From positions 1 through 62,191 of IMG/VR virus record IMGVR_UViG_3300032561_000021: 62,191 nt of DNA; one strand, 5' to 3'. The notes under the pieces were generated by a model that searched no databases, was not told the origin of the DNA, and saw only the letters and a list, made by a program, of their open reading frames with translations. The translations under genes were made by a program, and so were the position numbers. The DNA comes from a virus (lineage: Duplodnaviria; Caudoviricetes). Shown here one piece after another: positions 47,968-57,008 of this stretch. The first letter of the stretch is position 1, and each line of letters begins with the position of its first letter.

Positions 47968-48973
47968 AAAAACAATTCTGTATCATCCAGTAACTGGATT
48001 ACAATCTCTTGTTTGTAACAAAAAGTGGCATCCGTACTTGCTTGACTATTTTAATATAGAACCATATGACGTAACTGCTACCTACAACAAAGTTGATTAT
48101 GTATTATGGGCGTGGTGGAAAGAATCAAATTGGTATCAAGATTTAGTTGATGACGGATACAAACTAGTTCATGATTATCTGTGGGATCATTCTGGTACGC
48201 CAGTAACCACCAACAATGTGTTAAATTTAAAATCCCCAAATTGGATAATTGCCAATCAAAGTCTATTAAGAGATAACAATACTATAATACCTATTCCAAC
48301 AAAGCCGACCAAGTTTATGTTATGTCTTATGAATGCCGAAAGAGATCATAGAACACAATTATATGATAATATAAAACAGTATCATGCATCTTCATTGATA
48401 AGCTATGCATCTCGCAATGTGTTTATTCCCGACGATATTGCATACAATAATGCCAGTGGCGAATGGCAAACCTACGTAAATCAATCTTGGTATTCTACTA
48501 CACAATTTAGTTTAGTAGCAGAAACAACCATGGAAGACGACGAGTTTATAAGTGAAAAAAGTATTAAACCTTTTGCATACAAACATCCAATGATTATACT
48601 AGGGCACACCGGAATACTGGATAGATTTAAAAAATTAGGATTTGCAACATTTAGTCACAAAATAAATGAATCGTATGACACTATCCCGAGTGATGTTACA
48701 ATAGAAAAGAAATTTATCGACAAATCGTATTATTACAGCTCAACATATCACGGTACATCAAGAATAACTGCGGTAACAGAAGTAGTAGCAGAGTTATATA
48801 AGTTATATAGAGAATACGCAGATTCGGGCAATAGCGTTTCATTATTTGGGGATAGTCTATCTGCAGAGATAATTGAGCACAATTTTAATCATTTATATAG
48901 TGAAACATTTATCTCAGGCATAATACAAAAAGAAATATTAGATCCTATTTTGGAGTTTATAAATACCCTATGA
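47960..48973 (+). CDS. glycosyltransferase-like protein (GT10-like C-terminal motif)
   Basis: FSLVAET...FISEKSIKP...GFATF...ESYD. Paralog of 57001..58152. Confidence 0.5.
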   Translation: MNKKTILYHPVTGLQSLVCNKKWHPYLLDYFNIEPYDVTATYNKVDYVLWAWWKESNWYQDLVDDGYKLVHDYLWDHSGTPVTTNNVLNLKSPNWIIANQSLLRDNNTIIPIPTKPTKFMLCLMNAERDHRTQLYDNIKQYHASSLISYASRNVFIPDDIAYNNASGEWQTYVNQSWYSTTQFSLVAETTMEDDEFISEKSIKPFAYKHPMIILGHTGILDRFKKLGFATFSHKINESYDTIPSDVTIEKKFIDKSYYYSSTYHGTSRITAVTEVVAELYKLYREYADSGNSVSLFGDSLSAEIIEHNFNHLYSETFISGIIQKEILDPILEFINTL

Positions 48974-49644
48974 ATGCAATCATTGGCACACATGGATTAA
49001 TTGGCGGATATCTCAAAGAGACAATTCCGTATACACATGAGTTTAATTCAAGTAATATTAATCAGATTTCCGATTATAAATTTGATAAAGTGTATATAGC
49101 AGCCCCAACAGGCAACAGGCTAGTGGCCAATGCTGATGCCAATGCTGATCTTGTTAATATTCAGAATCTCGCTACTGCACTAAAAGCTACAGAAATTGGC
49201 ACAGTAATATTGATCGGTACAGTAGATAGTATCTTGCGTCCCAATTTACCTTACGGTAAAAATAGACTATGGTTAGAGGAATTTGTTAAATCCAATTTTA
49301 ATTCGTATATACCAAGATTAAGTTCATTGATACACAAGGACCTTAAAAAGAACCCGTTGTATGATCTCAAGCATAACGTGTACACCGATAAAATAAATCT
49401 AGATTATACGCTACAATGGTACGATTTAACCAACATAGAATTTGATATTAGTAACATGATCAACTCCGGCACACGAGAACAAAATTTAGTATCGGAACCA
49501 ATTGCCAATAGAGAAATTGTTGATAAATTTTTCCCCAGCTTAAATTTAACATACAGTCGGGTAGAAAACATTACGCTATTGACTCCGTATTTGTACACCA
49601 AAGATCAAATCTTTAATTCAATTGAGCAGTATCTACATGTCTAA
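48970..49644 (+). CDS. NAD(P)-dependent sugar epimerase/reductase-like protein
   Basis: IIGTHGLIG Rossmann motif and YGKNR (SDR YxxxK-like). Confidence 0.65.
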   Translation: MNAIIGTHGLIGGYLKETIPYTHEFNSSNINQISDYKFDKVYIAAPTGNRLVANADANADLVNIQNLATALKATEIGTVILIGTVDSILRPNLPYGKNRLWLEEFVKSNFNSYIPRLSSLIHKDLKKNPLYDLKHNVYTDKINLDYTLQWYDLTNIEFDISNMINSGTREQNLVSEPIANREIVDKFFPSLNLTYSRVENITLLTPYLYTKDQIFNSIEQYLHV

Positions 49645-50254
49645 GTCTGTCTATATATGTGGTGATAGTTTTGCAGTAAGCGATCCAGAATACGGTCCTT
49701 GCTGGGTTGACATGTTATCTAACCAGTTTAACATTACTAATTTGGCCAGGGTGTGTTCGAGTAACTTATTAATTTCTATGCAGGTCGATCAAGCGATTGC
49801 AAACGACCCGGATTACATTATCTGTTTAGGTACAAGTTGTACTAGACAAGAGGTACGATTTAATAATACAATAGTATCATACTCTATTCATTCTATAGAT
49901 GATACTACACAGTTTAGTATGCCACAACGGAAATTATTACGCAACTATGTGTCAGAGTTTTTTGACTTGGAAGTATCTATATACCAAAGTAAGTGTATTA
50001 TTGAAAATACTTTACAAAAATTAATCAACAGCAATATTCCATTTAAATTTGATCAAGGTGGATTTGAGCATAAATCATTTGCTAATGCTGGCGCTCAATA
50101 CTTTGAACAGTATCAAAATTTTATAGCCGACATTAACTTGTGGGACTATCCAGTTACAAAGACATTTAGGCCTTTTTACCACATTACAGAATTGGCAACT
50201 CATACTATGATAGCCGAATACTATACTAATCTAATAGAACGCATTAATGAATAA
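49637..50254 (+). CDS. SGNH-like protein
   Basis: ICGDSF, NLA...SN, C-terminal H.....H. Start moved to ATG 49637. Confidence 0.55.
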   Translation: MSKSVYICGDSFAVSDPEYGPCWVDMLSNQFNITNLARVCSSNLLISMQVDQAIANDPDYIICLGTSCTRQEVRFNNTIVSYSIHSIDDTTQFSMPQRKLLRNYVSEFFDLEVSIYQSKCIIENTLQKLINSNIPFKFDQGGFEHKSFANAGAQYFEQYQNFIADINLWDYPVTKTFRPFYHITELATHTMIAEYYTNLIERINE

Positions 50255-51539
50255 ACCAGAAACACTATGCATGGCACCGTGGGTACACACTTACCTAAGT
50301 CCTCAGACTGAACGTCGTATGTGTTGTGCAAGTCGCGAACCAGCACAAAACTTTGAACAGTACATAGATACAAAGGCAGGCACTGGCCGATATATACCAA
50401 TTACTCTGGATGAACATTGGAACAGCGACCACATGAAATCGGTACGTCAGCGTATGATGGCCGGGGAAACCTTACCCGAGTGCGAAGTATGTAATGACAA
50501 GCTATTAAACACAGACGTTTACCGTAGTTATTTTAACCAACTGTTTGGTCATAAGTACTTACAAGCTATGGAACATACTGATGTGACAGGCTACACGACA
50601 ATGAAACCAGTATCGTGGGATTACAGATTTAGCAATCTTTGTAATTTTAAATGCCGCATGTGCGGTGACATGTTGTCAAGTGCTTGGGAGAGTGAGCAGA
50701 AGCAACACGGGATGATCGACTTAACAAATCCAAAAAATAATTGGATGCGTCCTGAAGTCAAGGTAGAAATTGAAAAGTTTCAAGACACCCAGGTAGAGCA
50801 AGAGTTTGCTACTGCTGTTGAGGAACACCGAGTGGAAGAGGTGTATTGGGTGGGAGGTGAGCCGCTAATGTACGAGCAACACTGGCGCTACATGAAACGG
50901 ATTATAGAACTTGGAGATGGAAAAAATGTTTATGCTAGATATAACACAAATCTTAGTCACATCAATTATCGCGGTATCAATCTGTATAGGGATATTTTAT
51001 CTGGGCTACGTGACTGGCAAATCTGTGCAAGCATCGATGGTACAGGCAGAATTGGAGAGTATATTAGATCAGGTCTTGATTTTACTTCATGGCTTGAGAA
51101 CATCCGCGAAGGACTTGCATACAGCACTCACCGCCGCCAGGTCCGTTTGGACTTCACTCTTACTACACCAGGACTCTTTGAAGTACAAAAGATACAAGAA
51201 CTCGCGCAAGAACTCGGAGTAGATGTTTTAGCAAAAGTGGTGTTCTCGTTTAGTCCGGACATCATTATGTCACCGCTGGCACTACCTAGGGACGTATTAC
51301 ATCCTTGGGTAGACGAAATCTTGCACACCATTGATAAAGGTGCTCTACACGACATACTTGTTCAACTTAAAACAAGACCCACTTTTGCCGAACACTGGCC
51401 CAACGAATACCAAGCAGGACTCAAAAAGGGCAAAGCCCGTGTATTAGAACTTGAAAAAATTCGAAAAGATGTGTATACTTTTAGAGATATAATGTCTGAA
51501 AGACCCGAAGCACTTGAATGGTATGACTCAATTAATTGA
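50247..51539 (+). CDS. radical SAM enzyme with N-terminal twitch-like Cys domain
   Basis: CMAPW...MCC...CEVC, CNFKCRMC, VGGEPL, YNTN. Confidence 0.88.
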   Translation: MNKPETLCMAPWVHTYLSPQTERRMCCASREPAQNFEQYIDTKAGTGRYIPITLDEHWNSDHMKSVRQRMMAGETLPECEVCNDKLLNTDVYRSYFNQLFGHKYLQAMEHTDVTGYTTMKPVSWDYRFSNLCNFKCRMCGDMLSSAWESEQKQHGMIDLTNPKNNWMRPEVKVEIEKFQDTQVEQEFATAVEEHRVEEVYWVGGEPLMYEQHWRYMKRIIELGDGKNVYARYNTNLSHINYRGINLYRDILSGLRDWQICASIDGTGRIGEYIRSGLDFTSWLENIREGLAYSTHRRQVRLDFTLTTPGLFEVQKIQELAQELGVDVLAKVVFSFSPDIIMSPLALPRDVLHPWVDEILHTIDKGALHDILVQLKTRPTFAEHWPNEYQAGLKKGKARVLELEKIRKDVYTFRDIMSERPEALEWYDSIN

Positions 51540-52605
51540 TCAAATAACAATGATATTAAAGGATGATCGCTCGGGCGATTTACTACCTGTATATATCAAC
51601 GTCCACAACAACAGTCTAAGTCGTAAATGGCTTACTGCACTAAACGAACTAATTAAAAATAACTATCATCTAGAAAAGAATTATTGCTTTTTAGGATTTA
51701 CTGAAAGTACTCGCAACGCAGGGTATATAATGAATCAAGTAAACCATAGTATATCTGCTATTAATCTAGCTGGGCTTGGCTATCAAATCGATGATTACTT
51801 TAGTGTGGACAATACTATTGTTCCTGGGGAGATCACTGAGGAATCCTTGGGCGGAACACTAGTACATGACAAGTTAAACCGGTTACATAGATATTTTGAA
51901 GATCTACAAGGTGTTAGTGGAAGTATGTCTCCTTTTTACGATAAAGCAGATAACACTATACGTTGGCATATACGTCAACTAAACTTATTATGCCACGAAT
52001 ACGAAAGTCTTGTGCTTAGTATGCGTAAGGCAGTACACGCACCCGAATGGCGCAGGCCTAGTCAACTAATGTGTTGGTTACACGCACCACGTTTTGTGCT
52101 CGACGAAGAAGATTACGAACTATTTGGTATAGATACAATCAATAGACCATTAGGCGGTGTGTTTGTTGGGGTAAACAAAGCGGTAGGAAAACATCATTAT
52201 GAAGTATTCCAAGACGAAGGTAGAGATAGTCGCATAGGTGAACTTACAACCACTACCTTACGTGGGCAGACAGAAGCTGCTGGAGACTTTGATATAGAAT
52301 GGGCAAACAATCCCGGTGAATACCATTGGCAACAAACAAAACTAACAGAATTTAAAGAATGGTTAATTGCAAATAAATTTGATCCCGATGATAAAACATT
52401 AACCATTGGTCATCCGCAGGTTGGGCAAGTAGACTTAGCACGTAGCTTTAATTCTGCCGACTACCGAGATATATGGGCATTGCTGGGCAATCACTTAAAC
52501 GTGTACAGCATTGAAACTAGCGATAGTAAAGCAACGTATAACTATAACTGGTCAGACAAAAATTACACAGATCAACAAGTTAAAATAATTTACAAAAACA
52601 GATGA
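51523..52605 (+). CDS. hypothetical protein
   Basis: 360-aa ORF overlapping both neighbours. ATG 51523 preferred. No motif recognised. Confidence 0.75.
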   Translation: MTQLIDQITMILKDDRSGDLLPVYINVHNNSLSRKWLTALNELIKNNYHLEKNYCFLGFTESTRNAGYIMNQVNHSISAINLAGLGYQIDDYFSVDNTIVPGEITEESLGGTLVHDKLNRLHRYFEDLQGVSGSMSPFYDKADNTIRWHIRQLNLLCHEYESLVLSMRKAVHAPEWRRPSQLMCWLHAPRFVLDEEDYELFGIDTINRPLGGVFVGVNKAVGKHHYEVFQDEGRDSRIGELTTTTLRGQTEAAGDFDIEWANNPGEYHWQQTKLTEFKEWLIANKFDPDDKTLTIGHPQVGQVDLARSFNSADYRDIWALLGNHLNVYSIETSDSKATYNYNWSDKNYTDQQVKIIYKNR

Positions 52606-53201
52606 TTATAGTAGGCGCCGGGGATAGCTTTATATTCGGTAGTGAATTAACAGATTCACCCGACGGCAGACAAACAAGCTACAGTCGCAATACCTTTACT
52701 GCCTTGTTAGCTGAAGATAACGAATACGTATGTGTTGCATATCCCGGGATGAGTAATAAGGGTATTGTTGAATCGGTTAAGGGTTATTGTGATAACGTGA
52801 GAGAACATTACCCTTTGTTACTAGGAGAGTTATTTGTTATTGTATGCTGGACTTGGCCTAGTCGTGATAACAAGATTGATGCCATAGACGAAATCTTTGG
52901 GTTACAGTTTTATCTGCAGAAGCATGGCATACCGTTTATGTTTACTTGTGCAGATAACTGTGCGTACCCAACACTATTAGACAAAGTAACTAATTCAGAT
53001 TTTGAACATTGGTTTATGTTTCCGGCTGGTATTATGCCGCACGAAACTATGGATCCAAGAGGTTTTTACCAGTGGGCAGTAGAGAATAAATACGATGTAG
53101 GTCCGCAAGATCACCCCTTAGAACAAGCACATATAGACGCATCCAAATTGATGCAGGAGAAATTCAATGAATTGGTTAAAAAGCATATACAACAGAATTA
53201 A
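52602..53201 (+). CDS. SGNH-like protein
   Basis: GDSFIFG, GMSN, WTWPSR, HPLEQAH. Confidence 0.65.
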   Translation: MIIVGAGDSFIFGSELTDSPDGRQTSYSRNTFTALLAEDNEYVCVAYPGMSNKGIVESVKGYCDNVREHYPLLLGELFVIVCWTWPSRDNKIDAIDEIFGLQFYLQKHGIPFMFTCADNCAYPTLLDKVTNSDFEHWFMFPAGIMPHETMDPRGFYQWAVENKYDVGPQDHPLEQAHIDASKLMQEKFNELVKKHIQQN

Positions 53202-53268
53202 GTTAGAAATAAGCTATCGCAAGAAATTAAAAGAGTTGCGTAAAAGAGATCCTTTTATCTACAAATGA
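53167..53268 (+). CDS. 33-aa basic peptide (not in the ORF track)
   Basis: MNWLKSIYNRIKLEISYRKKLKELRKRDPFIYK*. AGGAGA RBS upstream. Fills the gap and ends in an ATGA overlap with 53265. Confidence 0.7.
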   Translation: MNWLKSIYNRIKLEISYRKKLKELRKRDPFIYK

Positions 53269-53891
53269 TCTTAACAGTAGGCGATAGTTTTACATATGGT
53301 GAAGAACTGACTAACAGAACTTTGGATGCATGGCCGTATGTATTGTCTCGATTATTAAGCAATGAAGTATTAAACTTAGGTAAAGGTGCTGGTAGTAATC
53401 AATATATAGTTCGCACAGTAATCGAAGAAACTGCTAAACAAAAGTTTGATTTAGTTATCATTGGGTGGAGCGATACTAGCAGAATTGAAACGTGGACTAA
53501 CGGTATGCCTATTTGTATTAATCACAATGGCCGTCGCGGTATACCGTGGGTACCAGCATATTACAAGTACAGCTATGATGAAAAGTTTAGTTTTCGCACA
53601 TGGTTTACGCAGGTATTAGTATTACAACAATATCTAATTAGTATCAATCAACCGTATTTATTTGTAAATGTTGCAGGATTGCAAGGTCACTTTGAATTAT
53701 ACAAAGATGATTTTTTGTTCTTGTGGGACAAATATAAAGTTGAAAATTATGTAGGTTGGCCAATTAATGGCATGTTAGAGTTTCAGGGCGATTGTCCCAA
53801 AGGTCCAGGCGGTCATCCTCTAGAATTAGGACACGAACGAATAGCAGAAAAAATCAATGAACATATTAGGAATCTCGGCTGGCTTCCATGA
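53265..53891 (+). CDS. SGNH-like protein
   Basis: GDSFTYG, GAGSN, WSDTSR, GHPLELGH. Confidence 0.65.
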   Translation: MILTVGDSFTYGEELTNRTLDAWPYVLSRLLSNEVLNLGKGAGSNQYIVRTVIEETAKQKFDLVIIGWSDTSRIETWTNGMPICINHNGRRGIPWVPAYYKYSYDEKFSFRTWFTQVLVLQQYLISINQPYLFVNVAGLQGHFELYKDDFLFLWDKYKVENYVGWPINGMLEFQGDCPKGPGGHPLELGHERIAEKINEHIRNLGWLP

Positions 53892-55347
53892 TGCTGCCGC
53901 TACAGTATTAAACAATCAAGGTGAAATCTTATTTGCTGGGCATTCAGAACGCTACAGCAGAATCAAGAACGATCCCAACATTGACACAGGACTTATTGTA
54001 GATATCCGCGGCTACTGTAGTTATAACGATATTGAATCGATTGCCTACTACGAAACTCCCTGGAAGAAACAACTACGACAATTATACAGCGGGCAAGGCT
54101 TTGAATGGAATAAACTAAGTGCTCGTCGGATTGTGCAGGATCAACTACACTCAATGCTAACACACAAGGTTCCTGTTATTACTTGCAATCATCATTTAAG
54201 TCACGCGGCCGCAGGATTCCAAACAAGCCCATTTGATCGTGCTACAGTGGTTGTTATTGATGCTATAGGTGAATGGGACACTATCAGTATTATTGGTGCA
54301 GAGTATGTTGATGGTCGTGCAACATATAAAGTGTTGTGGAAGCAAAAATATCCGCATAGCATTGGGCTATTTTATAGTGCAATGACACAAGAAGCAGGAC
54401 TAAAGCCCAACGAAGATGAATACATCTTAATGGGCATGAGCGCATATGGTAGTCGGGTAGCAAGCGCCTGGATGAAGATGCGGTTAGTGGCCGATGAGAA
54501 TGAAGTGATATTCAGAGAAAACTTACATACCGGATCCAATTACGAGTGGGGCAGACATTTTGACGACAAAGACGTTGCCAGTTCTGCACAGGATTTATGT
54601 GAGAATTTGATATATAATGTAATGCGTCGTGCAAAGGATTTTAACTGGAGCACGAACTTGTGTTACATGGGCGGTGTTGCCCTTAACTGTTTAGCTAATA
54701 GAAACCTCGGTGAGTATTTTGAAAAAATTTGGATCATGCCTAATCCTGGCGATGCTGGTAGTAGCCTTGGTGCAGCCGCGCTTGCTTACGGCGGACGAGT
54801 TGAGTTTAAAGACGCATTTCTTGGTACAGACATTAGCGGACCGTACCCTGTCAATGCCGTCCTTGATAGTTTACTCAGCGATAAAATCACTGGAGTTGCT
54901 TCCGGAAGAGCAGAATTTGGACCCAGAGCTCTCGGCAACCGAAGTCTCCTTGCCGACCCAAGAGGACCCGATATAAAGGATCGAGTAAATGCAATTAAAA
55001 AACGACAAGAATTTAGACCTTTCGCCCCAATTATTTTGGAGGAGCATGTTAATGATTATTTTAATATGCCTCGTAGCTTCGTTAATACTAGGTATATGCA
55101 AGTCATCGGTACTTGTCGGTATCCTGACTTATTTCCTGCTATCGTTCATTATGATGGGACTAGTCGTATACAGACAGTACCAAAAGATGGTTCGGGAATC
55201 CGCGAACTACTAGAAAAGTGGTATGTGGTAACAGGCTGTCCTATGTTACTTAACACTAGCTTAAACATCAAAGGCGAGCCATTAGTAAACACCCGTGCAG
55301 ATGCTGAAGCATTTGAAAAACATTATGGAGTAAGAGTACATTCCTAA
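53857..55347 (+). CDS. O-carbamoyltransferase (CmcH/NodU/TobZ family)
   Basis: HDAAA, HHLSHAA, DAIGE, GGVALNC, GDAGSSLGAA, EFGPRALGNRS, FRPFAP, LLNTSLN. Confidence 0.93.
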   Translation: MNILGISAGFHDAAATVLNNQGEILFAGHSERYSRIKNDPNIDTGLIVDIRGYCSYNDIESIAYYETPWKKQLRQLYSGQGFEWNKLSARRIVQDQLHSMLTHKVPVITCNHHLSHAAAGFQTSPFDRATVVVIDAIGEWDTISIIGAEYVDGRATYKVLWKQKYPHSIGLFYSAMTQEAGLKPNEDEYILMGMSAYGSRVASAWMKMRLVADENEVIFRENLHTGSNYEWGRHFDDKDVASSAQDLCENLIYNVMRRAKDFNWSTNLCYMGGVALNCLANRNLGEYFEKIWIMPNPGDAGSSLGAAALAYGGRVEFKDAFLGTDISGPYPVNAVLDSLLSDKITGVASGRAEFGPRALGNRSLLADPRGPDIKDRVNAIKKRQEFRPFAPIILEEHVNDYFNMPRSFVNTRYMQVIGTCRYPDLFPAIVHYDGTSRIQTVPKDGSGIRELLEKWYVVTGCPMLLNTSLNIKGEPLVNTRADAEAFEKHYGVRVHS

Positions 55348-55384
55348 ATGTTAGGTTAATGGCATAAATGTTAGGTTAATGGCA
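55345..55384 (+). repeat. perfect 20-bp tandem duplication TAAATGTTAGGTTAATGGCA x2
   Basis: 55345-55364 is identical to 55365-55384. Confidence 0.95.
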
Positions 55385-55390
55385 CAGAAT

Positions 55391-55411
55391 GATAAATATC
55401 TATGCAGGAGA
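55391..55411 (+). promoter_or_regulatory. late promoter GATAAATA plus RBS AGGAGA
   Basis: Directly before ATG 55418. Confidence 0.65.
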
Positions 55412-55417
55412 AAAGAT

Positions 55418-56032
55418 ATGGACTCATTCGTTTATAAATGGACAAATAAAACATTAAACAAGATTTACGTAGGATTTCACAAAGGGACAGAGACCGATGG
55501 ATATGTATGTTCCTCTGCGTCGAACAAATTTTGGGAAGATTTTAATAACCCCGAATATATTTGGCAGAGAGAAATATTATATAAAGGTACTATGAAAGAA
55601 TGCCAGGAATACGAAAGTTCTCTATTAGATAAGTTAGATATTACGTCAGAGGATATTTATAACCAGAGAAATAATATAATGTTTAATTTAGACGATGAAG
55701 TAAGAACTAAATTAAGCAAATCTGCTAAAAAAAGAAATCAAAACCCAGAATATATCAAAAAATTGAGAGACGCATCGGTTGCCCTATGGAAAGACCCTGC
55801 ACATAGAAAAAGAATAACCGAAACGCACACAGGGAAAACCGTAAGCGCAGAGACCAAAGAAAAAATACGACAAGCCCGTACAAAGCAAATTATTACTAAA
55901 GAATCTCGGGAAAAATCTGCAAATACTATTAAATCAAAATCTAACGTAGTATGCCCGCATTGTAAAACAGAAGGCAGATACCCGGGGAGTATGAAAAAAC
56001 ATCATTTTGATAATTGTAAGGAGAAATTATGA
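55418..56032 (+). mobile_element. free-standing Seg-like GIY-YIG homing endonuclease with NUMOD3-like and CPHC tail
   Basis: FVYKWTN...YVGFH...GYVCSS...REIL...YN, then HTGKTVSAETKEKI and CPHC...HFDNC. Own promoter and RBS support a start at 55418. Confidence 0.8.
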
Positions 56033-56388
56033 GTTTTGATTGGAAGGCACCAACAACTATGCTACTCGGGAGGTGGCAACCATGGCATGCAGGCCATCGT
56101 GCGCTATTTGATCGTGCCGTTGCTAAAACTGGACAAGTGTGTATTATGATTCGAGACTGTGAAGGATGGAATGACAGTAATCCTTTTAAAAAAGAAGAAG
56201 TAGAAAACTTTATACACGCAAACTTAAAGGAAAAATATGACGGACAGTATTGCATTTTATTTGTTCCTAACATTACAAATATCACTTATGGTCGTAATGT
56301 TGGTTATAAAATTGAAAACGAAGTATTCGACGAAGATACCCACGCAATCTCAGCAACCGATATTAGAAAGTCGATGGGCCTCAAATGA
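56029..56388 (+). CDS. cytidylyltransferase-like (HxGH) nucleotidyltransferase
   Basis: GRWQPWHAGH and terminal ISATDIR. Confidence 0.75.
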   Translation: MSFDWKAPTTMLLGRWQPWHAGHRALFDRAVAKTGQVCIMIRDCEGWNDSNPFKKEEVENFIHANLKEKYDGQYCILFVPNITNITYGRNVGYKIENEVFDEDTHAISATDIRKSMGLK

Positions 56389-57008
56389 CAAAAAAAATAC
56401 TTGTGATGGGACTACCGGGCTCTGGTAAAACTACACTGAGTCAAGAACTAGTTAAGAAGTTGATGCTTAACCACACAGTTGCGTGGTTTAATGCAGATAC
56501 AGTACGTGAACAATTTAACGACTGGGACTTTAGTGTAGAAGGAAGAACACGACAAGTTGAGCGTATGAGTAAGTTAGCAGATGAATCCAATGCAGACTTT
56601 GCTATATGTGACTTTGTGTGCCCTACAGAAGAACTGAGAAAAATATTTAAAGCAGATATTTTAATCTGGATGGACACAATTGAAGCAGGTCGATTTGAAG
56701 ATACCAACAAGGTATTTGTTAAACCTACTAGTGCTACTTACCACGTAACTGATTGGTCTGATAAATGGGTTCGAGCAATTGCCGCAGACTTAACACAAGC
56801 ACCTAGTGATAGCAATTTACGCAGTATAGTAAAAGCCATAAGTTGGCGTACTCTTGGAACGTTTGATACCTTTGTGCTTAGTTGGTTAATTACTGGCGAA
56901 GTTAAACTGGCTGTGGCCATTGGCGGAACGGAAGTATTTACCAAGATGTTCTTGTACTGGGCCCACGAGCGTGTATGGAATAAAATTAAATTTGGAAAAA
57001 CTACCTAA
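56385..57008 (+). CDS. adenylylsulfate-kinase-like P-loop kinase fused to a DUF2061-like membrane domain
   Basis: GLPGSGKTT, D.VR, DFS.EGR, FVCP. C-terminal RSIVKAISWR...YWAHERVW. Confidence 0.7.
   Translation: MTKKILVMGLPGSGKTTLSQELVKKLMLNHTVAWFNADTVREQFNDWDFSVEGRTRQVERMSKLADESNADFAICDFVCPTEELRKIFKADILIWMDTIEAGRFEDTNKVFVKPTSATYHVTDWSDKWVRAIAADLTQAPSDSNLRSIVKAISWRTLGTFDTFVLSWLITGEVKLAVAIGGTEVFTKMFLYWAHERVWNKIKFGKTT

Noticed and set aside
54710-54976. 88-aa alternative-frame ORF with a signal-peptide-like start inside the carbamoyltransferase
   Set aside because: GTG start without a clear RBS, and it overlaps the most conserved motifs of the host gene. Probably chance.
55345-55384. CRISPR-like repeat
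   Set aside because: Only two adjacent copies with no spacer and no cas genes.
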